Positions 39,904 through 50,405 of a stretch of DNA of 64,000 nt are shown here, one piece after another. Both the position numbers and the translations under genes were made by a program. The stretch is from NCBI GenBank assembly GCA_963755715.1, contig CAVWLW010000074.1:96001-160000 (forward strand). The letters are read 5' to 3'. Below the pieces are notes generated by a model. It was not told where the DNA came from. It ran no database searches and saw only the letters and a program-made list of their open reading frames with translations. Origin of the DNA: an uncultured delta proteobacterium (GTDB lineage: Bacteria; Desulfobacterota; Binatia; UBA9968). Position 1 is the stretch's first letter. Every line of letters begins with the position of its first letter.

Positions 39904-41673
39904 GTGTCCAGAGTAGAAAAGAAACAACCGCAGTACGGTTCCGACGTCGTCGTCGATTTGATGAAGGCGTTCGATATCGAGTACGCGGCCTTCAACCCCG
40001 GCGCGACCTTTCGCGGTATTCACGACTCGATCGTCAACTACGGCGGCAATTATAAGCCCGAAGTGATCTTCTGCCATCATGAAGAAATCTCCGTTGCAGT
40101 GGCCCACGGCTACGCCAAGGCCAAGAACAAACCGATGATCGCCATTTGCCACAACATGGTCGGATTGCAGCACGCCAGCATGGCGATCTTCAACGCCTAC
40201 ATCGACCGCGTGCCGATGATGGTGCTCGGCGGCACGGGGCCGATGAACTCCAAGCGGCGCCGCCCGCGCATCGACTGGATCCACACCGCGCTCGTCCAAG
40301 GCAATCAGGTGCGCGATTACACGAAATGGGACGATCAGCCGTATTCTTTGGCGGATGTACCGGATTCCTTTATCCGCGGCTACCGGATTGCGACGACGGA
40401 TCCGACCGCGCCGGTGTACATCAATTACGATGCCGATATTCAGGAAGATGCTCTCAAGAGCGCGTTCGATATACCTGATGTGAACCGTTATTCGGCGCCG
40501 GCGCCGATGCAGGCAAATCCGGAAGCGCTGCGCAAAGCGGCCGAGATGTTGGTCAACGCGCAAGCGCCGATCATCATCGCCGATTCGCTTGGGCGCAATC
40601 CCAAAACCGTGCCGGCGTTGATCGCATTGGCGGAACTGCTCGCGGTTCCAGTGGTCGACAAGGGCGGACGATTTAATTTTCCTTCGGTCCATCCCCTGGA
40701 TGCGACCGACGGCGCGCGCGAGCTGTTGAAAAAAGCCGACTTTATCTTGGCGCTCGACGTGGCCGATCTGTTTGGCTCGCTTACGACGGTGAGCAAGCAG
40801 ACGCGCAATTGCGAATATATCACGTCGCCGTCAGTGAAGATCGCCACCATTTCGATGAACGATATGCTGGTCCACTCCTGGGCCAACGACTACCAGGCGC
40901 TGCAAGCGATCGACGTGCCGATGAGCGCGGACACGGCGGTGGCCGTGCCGGAATTGACCCGGCTCTGCCGCGAGCTGCTCGGCAGCGACAGCAAGAAAAA
41001 GGCAGCCATCGAAGCGCGCCAAAAAGAGTTGGCCGAGAAACACAAAAGCCGCCGCGCCAAATGGCGCGCCGACGCCGAAGGCAAAGGCTCGCAGAAAGAA
41101 ATTTCCACCGCCTGGTTGGGCTTGGAAGTGGGCGAAGCGGTCAAGCGCGAAGACTGGGTCTTGGTCAATGGAACTTCGAACGGTTGGACGCGCCGGCTGT
41201 GGGATTTTACCAAACCGAATCAGTCTCTGGGCGGTAGCGGTGGTGCTGGATTGGGCTACGGACCGGGCGCGTCGATCGGCGCCGCGCTCGCGCTCAAGGG
41301 CACCGGTCAGCTCGCCGTCGCGATTCAATCGGACGGCGATATGTTGATGACCTCGAGCGCGCTTTGGACGGCGGCCAAGCATCGCATCCCGCTGCTCATG
41401 GTAATGCACAACAATCAGTCGTACTACAATTCCGAAGAGCACGGCATCGAAGTCGCCAAGTTTCGCAATCGGCCGGTGGAGAACGCCGGCATCGGCACTC
41501 ACGTCGATGATCCGGCGATCGATTTCGCGACGATGGCGAAATCATTCGGCGTGAACGGCGAAGGACCGGTGCGCAACCCGGCCGATCTGCGTCCGGCCAT
41601 CGAACGGGGCGTCAAGTACGTGAAGGAGAAGCAGTTGCCGTATCTCGTCGATGTTATCGCCGAGCCGCGCTGA
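39904..41673 (+). CDS. thiamine pyrophosphate-dependent enzyme
   Basis: NPGATFRGIHDS, HEE..VA.AHGY, SDGD...HNN TPP motif. Confidence 0.92.
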   Translation: MSRVEKKQPQYGSDVVVDLMKAFDIEYAAFNPGATFRGIHDSIVNYGGNYKPEVIFCHHEEISVAVAHGYAKAKNKPMIAICHNMVGLQHASMAIFNAYIDRVPMMVLGGTGPMNSKRRRPRIDWIHTALVQGNQVRDYTKWDDQPYSLADVPDSFIRGYRIATTDPTAPVYINYDADIQEDALKSAFDIPDVNRYSAPAPMQANPEALRKAAEMLVNAQAPIIIADSLGRNPKTVPALIALAELLAVPVVDKGGRFNFPSVHPLDATDGARELLKKADFILALDVADLFGSLTTVSKQTRNCEYITSPSVKIATISMNDMLVHSWANDYQALQAIDVPMSADTAVAVPELTRLCRELLGSDSKKKAAIEARQKELAEKHKSRRAKWRADAEGKGSQKEISTAWLGLEVGEAVKREDWVLVNGTSNGWTRRLWDFTKPNQSLGGSGGAGLGYGPGASIGAALALKGTGQLAVAIQSDGDMLMTSSALWTAAKHRIPLLMVMHNNQSYYNSEEHGIEVAKFRNRPVENAGIGTHVDDPAIDFATMAKSFGVNGEGPVRNPADLRPAIERGVKYVKEKQLPYLVDVIAEPR

Positions 41674-41684
41674 TTTACGGGAAA

Positions 41685-42518
41685 TTGTCGCACGATCCCT
41701 ACCGCGAATTTCGTCAGGCCGTCGACCGACCGGAAGCTAAAATCGACCTCGGTCGCGCGGCCTTGACGATCGCGTTGAGCAACTATCCCAACCTCGACAT
41801 TGCCCAATATCTCGGGCGCATCGATCAGTTGGCCGTGGAAGCCGCCAGCCACGGCGGCGCCGAAGCCGACGTTTACCGCGCCGTCGCCGCGCTTAATTCT
41901 GTGTTGTTCAACCAGCACGGTTATCGCGGTAACGCCGGAGATTACTACGATCCGAGAAACAGTTTTTTGAACCAAGTGATCGAGCGCAAGATCGGCATCC
42001 CGATCACGCTTTCAGTTCTCTATCTCGAAGTCGCGCAACGCATCGGCTTGGCGCTCGAGGGAGTAAACTTTCCGGGCCATTTTCTCGTAAAACACGAGAG
42101 CGACGGCCTGGAGATCTTCATCGATCCGTTTCATGCCGGTGAGCTGAAAAGCCGCGAAGATTTAAGCGCCATGTTGGACCGCTTAAATGGCGAGAAAGTT
42201 ACCTTTCGACCGGAATTCCTCGCGACGGCAGGCAAAAAGCAGATCCTTAAGCGAATGCTCGGCAACTTAAAGGCGATTTATTTAAGGGATGGAGATTTCG
42301 GCCAAGCTTTATCCGTGTTCGACCGCTTGATCATCCTCGATCCTGCGGCTGCCGAGGAGATTCGCGACCGCGGCTTGGTTTATTTCGAGGTGGAGGACTT
42401 AACCCAGGCACGGGAGGATTTTGAAACCTACCTTCAACTCGCCCCCGATGCCAGGGATGCGGCCGCGATTCGCGAGCAGCTCGCCAGATTGGCCAAGCGC
42501 GGGACGCTGGTTCACTAG
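41685..42518 (+). CDS. SirB1 family protein (transglutaminase-like plus TPR)
   Basis: YYDPRNSFLNQV, GIPITLS, NFPGHFL, RMLGNLK and RDRGL motifs. Confidence 0.92.
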   Translation: MSHDPYREFRQAVDRPEAKIDLGRAALTIALSNYPNLDIAQYLGRIDQLAVEAASHGGAEADVYRAVAALNSVLFNQHGYRGNAGDYYDPRNSFLNQVIERKIGIPITLSVLYLEVAQRIGLALEGVNFPGHFLVKHESDGLEIFIDPFHAGELKSREDLSAMLDRLNGEKVTFRPEFLATAGKKQILKRMLGNLKAIYLRDGDFGQALSVFDRLIILDPAAAEEIRDRGLVYFEVEDLTQAREDFETYLQLAPDARDAAAIREQLARLAKRGTLVH

Positions 42519-42538
42519 CCACGCGACTTCGTGCCCGG

Positions 42539-44786
42539 CTATTTGGAAAATTCTCGAAAACTGTTCGCGAAGGAAGTTGTCAAAGAAAAGTCTTTGACCA
42601 TCGCTTTGGCGAATTTCCACGGGCGGATCTGCCAGAGCTTCAACTGGCGCAGATCCAACAGGGTCTGCGACCAGATGCGCTGCAATTCCTGGCGCGAGTA
42701 AACGATTCGGTTGTTGAGGACATCGAACTTGATCAAGCTTAACTGCGCTTTCGACGGCAAATGCCCGCGCAGCCGCGTATAAGCGTCCTGCCATACCTGG
42801 ATGCGGTCGCCCAGTCGGATGCCGGCCTGGATGCTGTGAATTTCATCGAGCACGCGGCGCGCCGCTTCGCTCTCGCACGGCCGCAATTCTTGGATTTTTA
42901 GGCGCAAATGTTCCCACTGCTTCAAGAAGCGATTGAGATCGCTGCGGTTGTAAACGACCCGCGAGGAGAGATCTTCCAATTGCTCGAGTAAAGTGCCGGC
43001 GCGTTCCGACAAACTGCCCTTCGCGCTGGTGTAGAGATTTTGAATTTCACCGATCTTGAGCGCTTGCCAGATGTCGGTTTGAATTTTTTGGATTTGCTCG
43101 ATCCAGCGTTCCTCGGTCTCGCTCCGCTTGCGTGTTTGCAACCAGACCTCTTCCATTTCTTTGAGAAACTTGGCCCAGGTGATGAGCAATGCGGTTGTTT
43201 CTTTCGAACGTTTCCATAGATGGACCGGCAGCGAATCGACGGCGAAGCCCGAGCGGCGGGTCTTGCGGTCTTTTAGGCGGAAAAAGCCGGCGACCATGGG
43301 ATGCTGTTTTTCGATGAGCGCGGCATTTTTATACCAAAAAAAGATCGACATCAGGTTCCAATAGTTCTTCGGCGCATTGGTCCAGTGGGCCAGAGTCTTG
43401 ATCATGTTTTCTTTACTGTAAAACGCTTTCCAAGCATCCTCATAAGCTTCGGTCCATTCGTCCGCCGTCATGCGCGGATGCTCGATGGTGGCATGAAACG
43501 AGTCGCGTTTGTTGAAGTCCGGGTCCATCCATTCGCCGCGCTTTTTCATTTCGCGGTGATCGTGCGATCCGGGAAGAGGCGTCAGCATAAAAAACGAAGC
43601 CTGATCCGGACCGACTTCGTCCATCAGAAAGCGAACGTCCTCGGCGACTTGCGCCTTCGAATCCCACGGCAGGCCGATGATGTAGCCCGTGTGCACCAGC
43701 ACGCCGGCGTCGTGCCATTCCTTGATAATACCGCGGTACTCTTCGACCTTGTTCTGCTTCTTGCCTTCGGCTTCGAGGTTTTGCGGGTTGACGCTTTCCA
43801 TGCCGATAAACACCTGGGTGCAACCGGCTCGGGCGGCGAGAGGAACAAAGTCCTTCGGCTTTTTTTGCCAGATCCACTTGCATCATGAACGAGACATCGA
43901 GCCCTTCCTCGCGCAGCTTGATGATCTCTTCGAAGGTTTCGCGCCAGAGCTTTTTGCGCGCGAAATTATCGTCGGTAAAGAAATAGAAGGATAAGCCGTG
44001 ATCTAGATAATTCCGCCGCATCATGGCGGCGATGCTCTGCGGGCTGCGCTCGCGCATCTTGCGTCCCTGAACGTTGATGATCGTGCAAAAGGTGCACGCA
44101 AACGGACAGCCGCGCGAAGTATCGGCGGTGGCAAAACTCGGATAGGCGAAGTGTTCCATTGTTTTCGCGCTGGTCTGGGGCAGCGGCGCATCTTCGATAT
44201 CGACGAGATTTTGCAGGTCCTGCGCGAAGCTATAAAGCGGCTTCAATCGGTCGTGCAGATAGTCGGCGAGAATGCCTTCCCATTTTCCCTCGACTTCGCC
44301 GGAAACGATGCAAATGCCCTCGCGATAGAGCTCTTGAATGTCGGGCTCCTGATCGCTCAGCATGTTGATCGTGCCGCTGGTGTGAAAGCCGCCCATGATC
44401 ACGGTGATTCCCTCGGCTCTGAAAATTTTTGCCATGTCCATGGCGCGGGGAAATTGATTGGTTTGGACGCCGACCAGGCAAACGAGCAATTTAACGCCCG
44501 GCGCTTTGCTCCAGCTGATAATTTTTGCCGTCGGCACTTTTTCGGCGGTTTCATCGAAAGTAGTAACGTCGATCGGCAGGGTTCCGAAAACGCGCCGCGT
44601 CTTGATGTCTTCGGTCAGGCCATGGAGCACGTTCAAAGTGTTGCTCGGCAAGACGCCTTTCCAAAAACGGATCACGTAACCTTCGTCGTCGTATTTGGAC
44701 GGTTTGATTAATACGATATGAAATTTTTTTATGTGATCGAGCATCGGTCCCGTCGCCTCCCGAGTGCTTGTAAGTTGCTGGCGCAT
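42539..44786 (-). CDS. cobalamin-binding-type radical SAM protein with long helical C-terminal extension; +1 frameshift in an A7 run near 43862
   Basis: IKPSKYDD, GGFH, SRGCPFACTFC and TDDNF, then FIGMES, GYIIGLP and LTPLPGS in the next frame. Confidence 0.85.
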
Positions 44787-44900
44787 CTTTTATAGATAGC
44801 GAGAACACACAAGGTCATTCACTCTAACAACCGCCTCCCTTCATGTCAAGATAAAATCAAAGTTAAATAGCGATTCTCGCAGCGGAATTTTGCATTTTTG

Positions 44901-45578
44901 ATGATCCAGGTTTTGCACCTCTCGAAAATCTACGGGCCGAACCGGCGGGCATTAACCGATATCAATTTAACAATCGCCAAAGGCGAGCTTGCCTTCATCA
45001 GCGGCCCGAGCGGCGCAGGGAAATCGACCTTGCTCAAGCTGCTCTTTCGTGAAGAGGAGCCGAGCGAAGGGCAGATATTGATCGACGGTAGCAATATCAC
45101 GCGCTTGCCCAGCCGCGGCGTGGCTCAGTTCAGGCGAAAGATCGGCCTGATTTTTCAGGAGTTCCGGCTGTTGCCGCATTTGACCGCGCTCGACAACGTC
45201 GCCCTCGCCGCGCAGGTGATCGGCGTGTCGAAACGCGAGAGCCGAACCAAAGCGTACCAGTTGTTGGGCGAGCTCGGCTTAAAGGAACGTTACGACGCCA
45301 AACCGTTCACGCTCTCGGGCGGCGAGCAACAACGCGTGGCCATCGCGCGTGCCCTCGTCAATGAGCCGACCTTGCTGTTGGCGGACGAGCCCACCGGCAA
45401 CATCGACGAAGAAACCGCCGGGGAAATCATGGGACTGCTGGTGCAGATTCGTGATCGAGGCGCGACGATCCTGATCGCGACGCACGATCGCCAAATCATC
45501 CGACGTTACGGCAGCCGATTAATCCTTCTGGACCACGGGTTCGTAGTCGACGATCTAGCGCAAGGGAGCGGCCGATGA
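44901..45578 (+). CDS. ftsE: cell division ATP-binding protein FtsE
   Basis: [23 protein letters not shown] and LADEPTGN motifs; upstream of ftsX. Confidence 0.92.
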   Translation: MIQVLHLSKIYGPNRRALTDINLTIAKGELAFISGPSGAGKSTLLKLLFREEEPSEGQILIDGSNITRLPSRGVAQFRRKIGLIFQEFRLLPHLTALDNVALAAQVIGVSKRESRTKAYQLLGELGLKERYDAKPFTLSGGEQQRVAIARALVNEPTLLLADEPTGNIDEETAGEIMGLLVQIRDRGATILIATHDRQIIRRYGSRLILLDHGFVVDDLAQGSGR

Positions 45579-46498
45579 AAATATCATTGGTCGGTTTGGT
45601 GTTTCGTCAAGTGGGAACTAGTTTTCGCCATCTATTTTGGACTCATGTGCTGACCGCGGCGACGATGGCGCTCACGCTCTTCAGCTTCGGCGCGTTCATG
45701 CTTTTGCAGACCAATTTGGAATATCTGCTCAAGGGCTGGGGCGATCAACTCCAAATCACCGCCTACTTAAATAACGGTCTCGCCGAGCCCCAAGTCGACG
45801 CGTTGATGCAGCGGATCGGGGCGATGCCGGAAGTGGCGCGGGCGCGGCATATTAGCCACGCCGAGGCGTGGCGCGATTTTCAGACGGCCTTGGGTGCGCA
45901 ATCGGGGTTGTTGGACGGCTTGCCGCGTGATGTTTTGCCGGCATCGATTGAAATCACGATCAAGCCGGAAAATCGCAACGAGAAAATAATCGGGCAGCTC
46001 GCCGCGCGTCTAAAAGACGACAACGACATTGCCAGCGTTGAGTATCCGCAAGAGTGGGTCGAGCGGTTGGAATTGGTAGTGCTCGGGGTCGGGTGGGCAA
46101 AATGGATTTTGGGCGGCGTGTTGTTCTTGGCGACTTTGTTTATTGTTCGGAGCACGGTCAAGCTGGCGCTCTTTGCGCGCAAAGAAGAAGTCGAGATCAT
46201 GCAACTCGTCGGCGCATCGGAAGAGTTGATCCAGGCGCCCTTCGTACTCGAAGGCATGATCCAAGGGCTTATTGGAGCGGGCGTTTCTCTCGCGGCGTTA
46301 TGGGGAGTATATTCCCTTTTGCAAGACCATATGCCGACCATCGGCTTTTTTTTGGCACCCTTCGGGCAATTGCAATTTTTGGCTCCGCATCACATCGCCC
46401 TGCTCGTTGCTACAGGTTGGCTGTTGGGTTCGGCTGGTAGTCTTTTTTCGCTGCGGAGGTTCATTAAAACGTGGCATCCTTCGAGCGCGAAATTCTAA
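45575..46498 (+). CDS. ftsX: cell division permease FtsX
   Basis: Four TM segments; LPASIE; EVEIMQLVGA....I..PF.LEG. Confidence 0.92.
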   Translation: MKISLVGLVFRQVGTSFRHLFWTHVLTAATMALTLFSFGAFMLLQTNLEYLLKGWGDQLQITAYLNNGLAEPQVDALMQRIGAMPEVARARHISHAEAWRDFQTALGAQSGLLDGLPRDVLPASIEITIKPENRNEKIIGQLAARLKDDNDIASVEYPQEWVERLELVVLGVGWAKWILGGVLFLATLFIVRSTVKLALFARKEEVEIMQLVGASEELIQAPFVLEGMIQGLIGAGVSLAALWGVYSLLQDHMPTIGFFLAPFGQLQFLAPHHIALLVATGWLLGSAGSLFSLRRFIKTWHPSSAKF

Positions 46499-47643
46499 TT
46501 TCATGTGTCGCCCTATTTCTAGCGATTCCGGGACCGGCGCGGGCGGCGCAGTCTAATCGCGACCTCGAGGGCATCAGGAAAAAAATCGAAAATGAAAAAA
46601 AAAGCCTTTCTCAACTTCAGGTCAAGGAAGGCTCGGTGCTTCAAACTCTGAGTAAAATTCAAACCGACCTCGAAAAGCGCCGCAAAGAGTTGAGTTTGGC
46701 CACTACCAAGCTGGCGTCTCTCGCCGATGAGCTGCGCGCTCAGGAGTCCGAGGCCGAGCGGCTGGGCGACTCGATCGCCGCGCGGCGGGATATCTTGCAA
46801 AAACGCGCGGCGGCGCTGTATCGCTGGCAAAAGGGCGGCAGCCCGCTGATGATTTTCAACGGCGCTGTCTCGCTCGGCAGTTTCTTGCACCGGCGTAAAT
46901 ATCTATCGACGGCGATCTCTTTTGACCGCGAACTGCTCGCGAACCTGCAGGAGGAAAGCCAGCATCAAGAGATCTTGCGCGAGCGTCTGGCGCGCAAACA
47001 GGCTGAATTGAGCGAGCAAAAAAAAACCCTCAGCCTTGCTCAGGCATCGGTGCGCCAAGAGGCGGAGAAAGAAAAATTATTACTGGCCAGTCTACGCCGG
47101 GAAAAAACCACGCGGCTGCGCGCTTTGCGCGAGATGGAAGCGGCGGCGCAACGGCTCGAAAAAATGATGGACGAAATCGCCAGGCGCGCAATGATCAAAC
47201 CGAGACAGCCACCCTCGGCGCCTTCAACCGGCGTGGGGCTGGAGGCGTTGCGCGGCAAATTGGATTGGCCGGTGCACGGGTCGGTGAGCGCGCCGTTTGG
47301 CAAATATAAGCATCCGGAGTTTGCCGGCGAGATATTTCGTAAAGGGATCGATATCGACGCGCCGATCGGCGAAGAGATCAGAGCCGTCGAAAAGGGCACC
47401 GTAGTTTATGCCGATCGGTTTTCCGGCTATGGTAAAATGGTGATCGTAGACCATGGCGAGCGTTACTATACAATTTACGGCCATCTTTCTGAAATAATTA
47501 AGAAATCTGGGGATGAAGTCAGGCGCGGCGAGGTCGTGGGCCGGGCTGGTGACAGCGACTCGCTGGCGGGCTCGAAGCTTTACTTTGAAATGCGCAAAGA
47601 CGGCCGCTCCCTCGACCCGGTGCCGTGGTTCAAGAAGCAATAG
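46471..47643 (+). CDS. envC: murein hydrolase activator EnvC (coiled coil plus degenerate M23)
   Basis: Signal peptide, long coiled coil, WPVHG, KGIDI, LYFEMR (Zn ligands absent, as expected for EnvC). Confidence 0.88.
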   Translation: MASFEREILISCVALFLAIPGPARAAQSNRDLEGIRKKIENEKKSLSQLQVKEGSVLQTLSKIQTDLEKRRKELSLATTKLASLADELRAQESEAERLGDSIAARRDILQKRAAALYRWQKGGSPLMIFNGAVSLGSFLHRRKYLSTAISFDRELLANLQEESQHQEILRERLARKQAELSEQKKTLSLAQASVRQEAEKEKLLLASLRREKTTRLRALREMEAAAQRLEKMMDEIARRAMIKPRQPPSAPSTGVGLEALRGKLDWPVHGSVSAPFGKYKHPEFAGEIFRKGIDIDAPIGEEIRAVEKGTVVYADRFSGYGKMVIVDHGERYYTIYGHLSEIIKKSGDEVRRGEVVGRAGDSDSLAGSKLYFEMRKDGRSLDPVPWFKKQ

Positions 47644-47705
47644 CTATTTTATTTATCTTGCGATAAACTCCGGGTTGTCCAGCACTCTTTTCGAGGAGAC
47701 ATACG

Positions 47706-49079
47706 ATGCGAATGGTTCGTAAACATGGAGCGCCGTTTTTGCTCTTGGTCGTCGGGATTGCTTTGGGATTTTTTCTTTCCGCCCATTGGGTGCCCAACGT
47801 CTCCGCCGTCGGACGGCAGGATTACGAGAGCTTGGAAGCTTTTAGCAACATTCTCTCGATCGTTAAGAAAAATTATGTCGACGACGTGCAAACCAAAAGT
47901 TTGGTGAGCGGCGCGATCAACGGCATGTTGAATTCTCTGGACCCACACAGCGCCTATCTCACGCCGGATCTGTACAAAGATCTGCAAAGCGATACCCAAG
48001 GTCGCTTTGGCGGACTCGGCATTGAGATTACCGTCAAGGGCGGCATTCTGACCGTCGTCTCACCGATCGAAGACACGCCCGCGGCCAAAGCCGGTATCAA
48101 GCCGGGCGATCAAATCTTCAAAATCGAGGAAGAATTCACCAAAGACATGTCGTTGGTCGACGCCGTGAAAAAAATGCGCGGCTTGAAAGGCACGAAGATC
48201 AATTTGACGATCAAGCGCGAGGGTGTCGCCGACCTTTTGGACGTGACGATGGTGCGTGACGTTATTCGCGTGCAAAGCGTGCGCAGCCGCACCTTGGAAC
48301 CGGGCTACGTTTATATCCGTCTAGCGCAATTTCAAGAGCGAAGCGACCGTGACATGCAAAGGGCGCTGGAAAAGTTGGCGGCGGAAAAGGGCGGCATCAA
48401 GGGACTCGTGCTCGATCTGCGCAATAATCCAGGTGGCCTGTTGACCCAAGCCGTGCGCGTCTCGGATATGTTTTTGGAATCGGGCTTGATCGTTTACACG
48501 GAAGGGCGCATCGACTCGCAGAAGCAGAAATATTTTGCCCAAAAAGACGGGACTTGGACGGATTTTCCGATCGTGGTTTTGGTCAACGGCGGCAGCGCCA
48601 GCGCGTCGGAGATCGTCGCCGGTGCTTTGCAGGACCACAAGCGCGCGGTGGTGCTCGGCACGAAAACTTTCGGCAAGGGCTCGGTGCAAACGATTCTGCC
48701 GCTCGATGACAACTCGGCGTTGCGCCTGACGACCGCGCGTTATTTCACGCCGAACGGCCGCTCGATCCAGGCAACCGGCATCGTGCCCGATATCAACGTC
48801 GACAATGCGCCGACCCAGGAGGGCAAGCCTGACGCGCCCAAGCGCCCCGGCTTACGCGAAGAGAATTTGCCGGGCCATCTGCAAAATCCGGTGCCGTCGC
48901 CGGAGCCAAGCTCTCAACCTCAGCCGCCGGATAGCGAAAAGGAGAAGGAGAAGCAAATCCCGTCTTCCGGGCCTACCGGCGACGAGACCATCGACAACGA
49001 TACACAGTTGAAGCGCGCTCTCGATTTATTAAAAAGCTGGGATGTATTCAAACAAGTCGTGCAAAAAAAGGCGGCCTGA
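47706..49079 (+). CDS. ctpA: carboxyl-terminal processing protease (S41A)
   Basis: LDPHS, FGGLGI, DLRNNPGG, SASASEIV and FGKGSVQ motifs. Confidence 0.95.
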   Translation: MRMVRKHGAPFLLLVVGIALGFFLSAHWVPNVSAVGRQDYESLEAFSNILSIVKKNYVDDVQTKSLVSGAINGMLNSLDPHSAYLTPDLYKDLQSDTQGRFGGLGIEITVKGGILTVVSPIEDTPAAKAGIKPGDQIFKIEEEFTKDMSLVDAVKKMRGLKGTKINLTIKREGVADLLDVTMVRDVIRVQSVRSRTLEPGYVYIRLAQFQERSDRDMQRALEKLAAEKGGIKGLVLDLRNNPGGLLTQAVRVSDMFLESGLIVYTEGRIDSQKQKYFAQKDGTWTDFPIVVLVNGGSASASEIVAGALQDHKRAVVLGTKTFGKGSVQTILPLDDNSALRLTTARYFTPNGRSIQATGIVPDINVDNAPTQEGKPDAPKRPGLREENLPGHLQNPVPSPEPSSQPQPPDSEKEKEKQIPSSGPTGDETIDNDTQLKRALDLLKSWDVFKQVVQKKAA

Positions 49080-49165
49080 CATTCGTCGAACTTTGCTCTA
49101 TTGCCATCGTTTTTTATTAGCCCTCCCCTCGGAGGGCTAATTTTTTTGTGCTACAGCTAATCCCA

Positions 49166-50404
49166 ATGGCCAGACAGATTGAGCGCGAGATTGATCTACC
49201 TCTGTTTGCCGCCGCGACGCGGAAATTCTTGAGCGTCACCGAGCTCAACGAGCTCATCAAAGGGACTTTGGAATCGCGCCTCGACGCGCTCTGGGTGCAG
49301 GGCGAGATCTCCAACTTTCGTGTGCCGCCCTCGGGGCACTATTACTTCACCCTGAAAGACGACAAGAGCCAGATCTGCGCGGTAATGTTTCGCCGCCAAG
49401 GAGGGGGCCTGCGCTTCCTCCCGGAAAACGGCCTGGCGGTCCTCTGTTTCGGCAAGGTGAGCCTTTATTCTGTGCGCGGCGACCTGCAGCTTTATGTCGA
49501 CGATATGGAGCCGCAAGGACAAGGCGCGCTCTATCTGGCGTTCGAGCAGCTCAAGAAAAAACTCGCGGCTGAAGGCTTATTTGCCCAGGAGCGAAAAAAG
49601 CCGCTGCCATTTTTGCCGGCTACGATTGGCATCGTGAGCTCCGATCGCGGCGCGGCTTTGCACGACATGCTGCGGATCATTCGTGACCGTTACGCCGACC
49701 GGCGCGTCGTGATTCGCCCGGTGCGGGTCCAAGGCGAAGGCGCGGCCAAGGAAATCGCCGAAGCCATCGCCGATCTGAATTGCTTCGCCGGCGTCGAAGC
49801 AATCATCGTCGGACGGGGCGGCGGCTCGTTGGAAGATTTGTGGGCCTTTAACGAAGAGATCGTCGCGCGCGCGATCTACGCGTCGAAAATCCCGGTCGTT
49901 TCAGCGGTCGGCCACGAGATCGATTTTACGATCGCCGACTTCGTCGCCGATCATCGCGCGCCGACGCCCACTGCCGCCGCGGAATTCATCCTGCCGCGCA
50001 AACGCGATTTGCTCGAGCAGATTCAAGTGCTCGAGCTGCAACTGCTGAAAGAAATGGAGTTCAAGCTCGAAACGGCGAAAGAAAACTTAAACGCGCTGCT
50101 CAAGCGACTGACCGATCCCGGGCGCAAGCTCAGAGAGAATCAACAACGCTTGGATGAGCTGTCGATCGATTTACTAAGGAGATTTCAAGAGTGCGTGCGC
50201 CAAAGTAAAAATAGTTTGGCGGAGCTCGCCGGACGCTTGAGCGCGTTGAGCCCGCTGGCGGTGCTCGAACGCGGCTACGCGATCGCCCATAAACTGCCAG
50301 AGGAGCGGATTGTGAAGAGCGCCGCGGCTTTGCAGGCCGGCGATCTAATCCGCATCACGTTTGCCGAAGGCCAATCGTTTTGCCGTGTGGAGGAAAAAAA
50401 ATAA
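49166..50404 (+). CDS. xseA: exodeoxyribonuclease VII large subunit
   Basis: GEISN..SGHYYFTLKD, RGGGSLEDLWAFNEE, GHEID and TPTAAAE motifs. Confidence 0.97.
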   Translation: MARQIEREIDLPLFAAATRKFLSVTELNELIKGTLESRLDALWVQGEISNFRVPPSGHYYFTLKDDKSQICAVMFRRQGGGLRFLPENGLAVLCFGKVSLYSVRGDLQLYVDDMEPQGQGALYLAFEQLKKKLAAEGLFAQERKKPLPFLPATIGIVSSDRGAALHDMLRIIRDRYADRRVVIRPVRVQGEGAAKEIAEAIADLNCFAGVEAIIVGRGGGSLEDLWAFNEEIVARAIYASKIPVVSAVGHEIDFTIADFVADHRAPTPTAAAEFILPRKRDLLEQIQVLELQLLKEMEFKLETAKENLNALLKRLTDPGRKLRENQQRLDELSIDLLRRFQECVRQSKNSLAELAGRLSALSPLAVLERGYAIAHKLPEERIVKSAAALQAGDLIRITFAEGQSFCRVEEKK

Positions 50405-50405
50405 C

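Noticed and set aside
43855-43870. A-AAA-AAG slippery-like sequence at the radical SAM frame break, as a programmed -1 frameshift
   Set aside because: Restoring the protein needs removal of one A (+1), not -1; fits homopolymer error like the other breaks.
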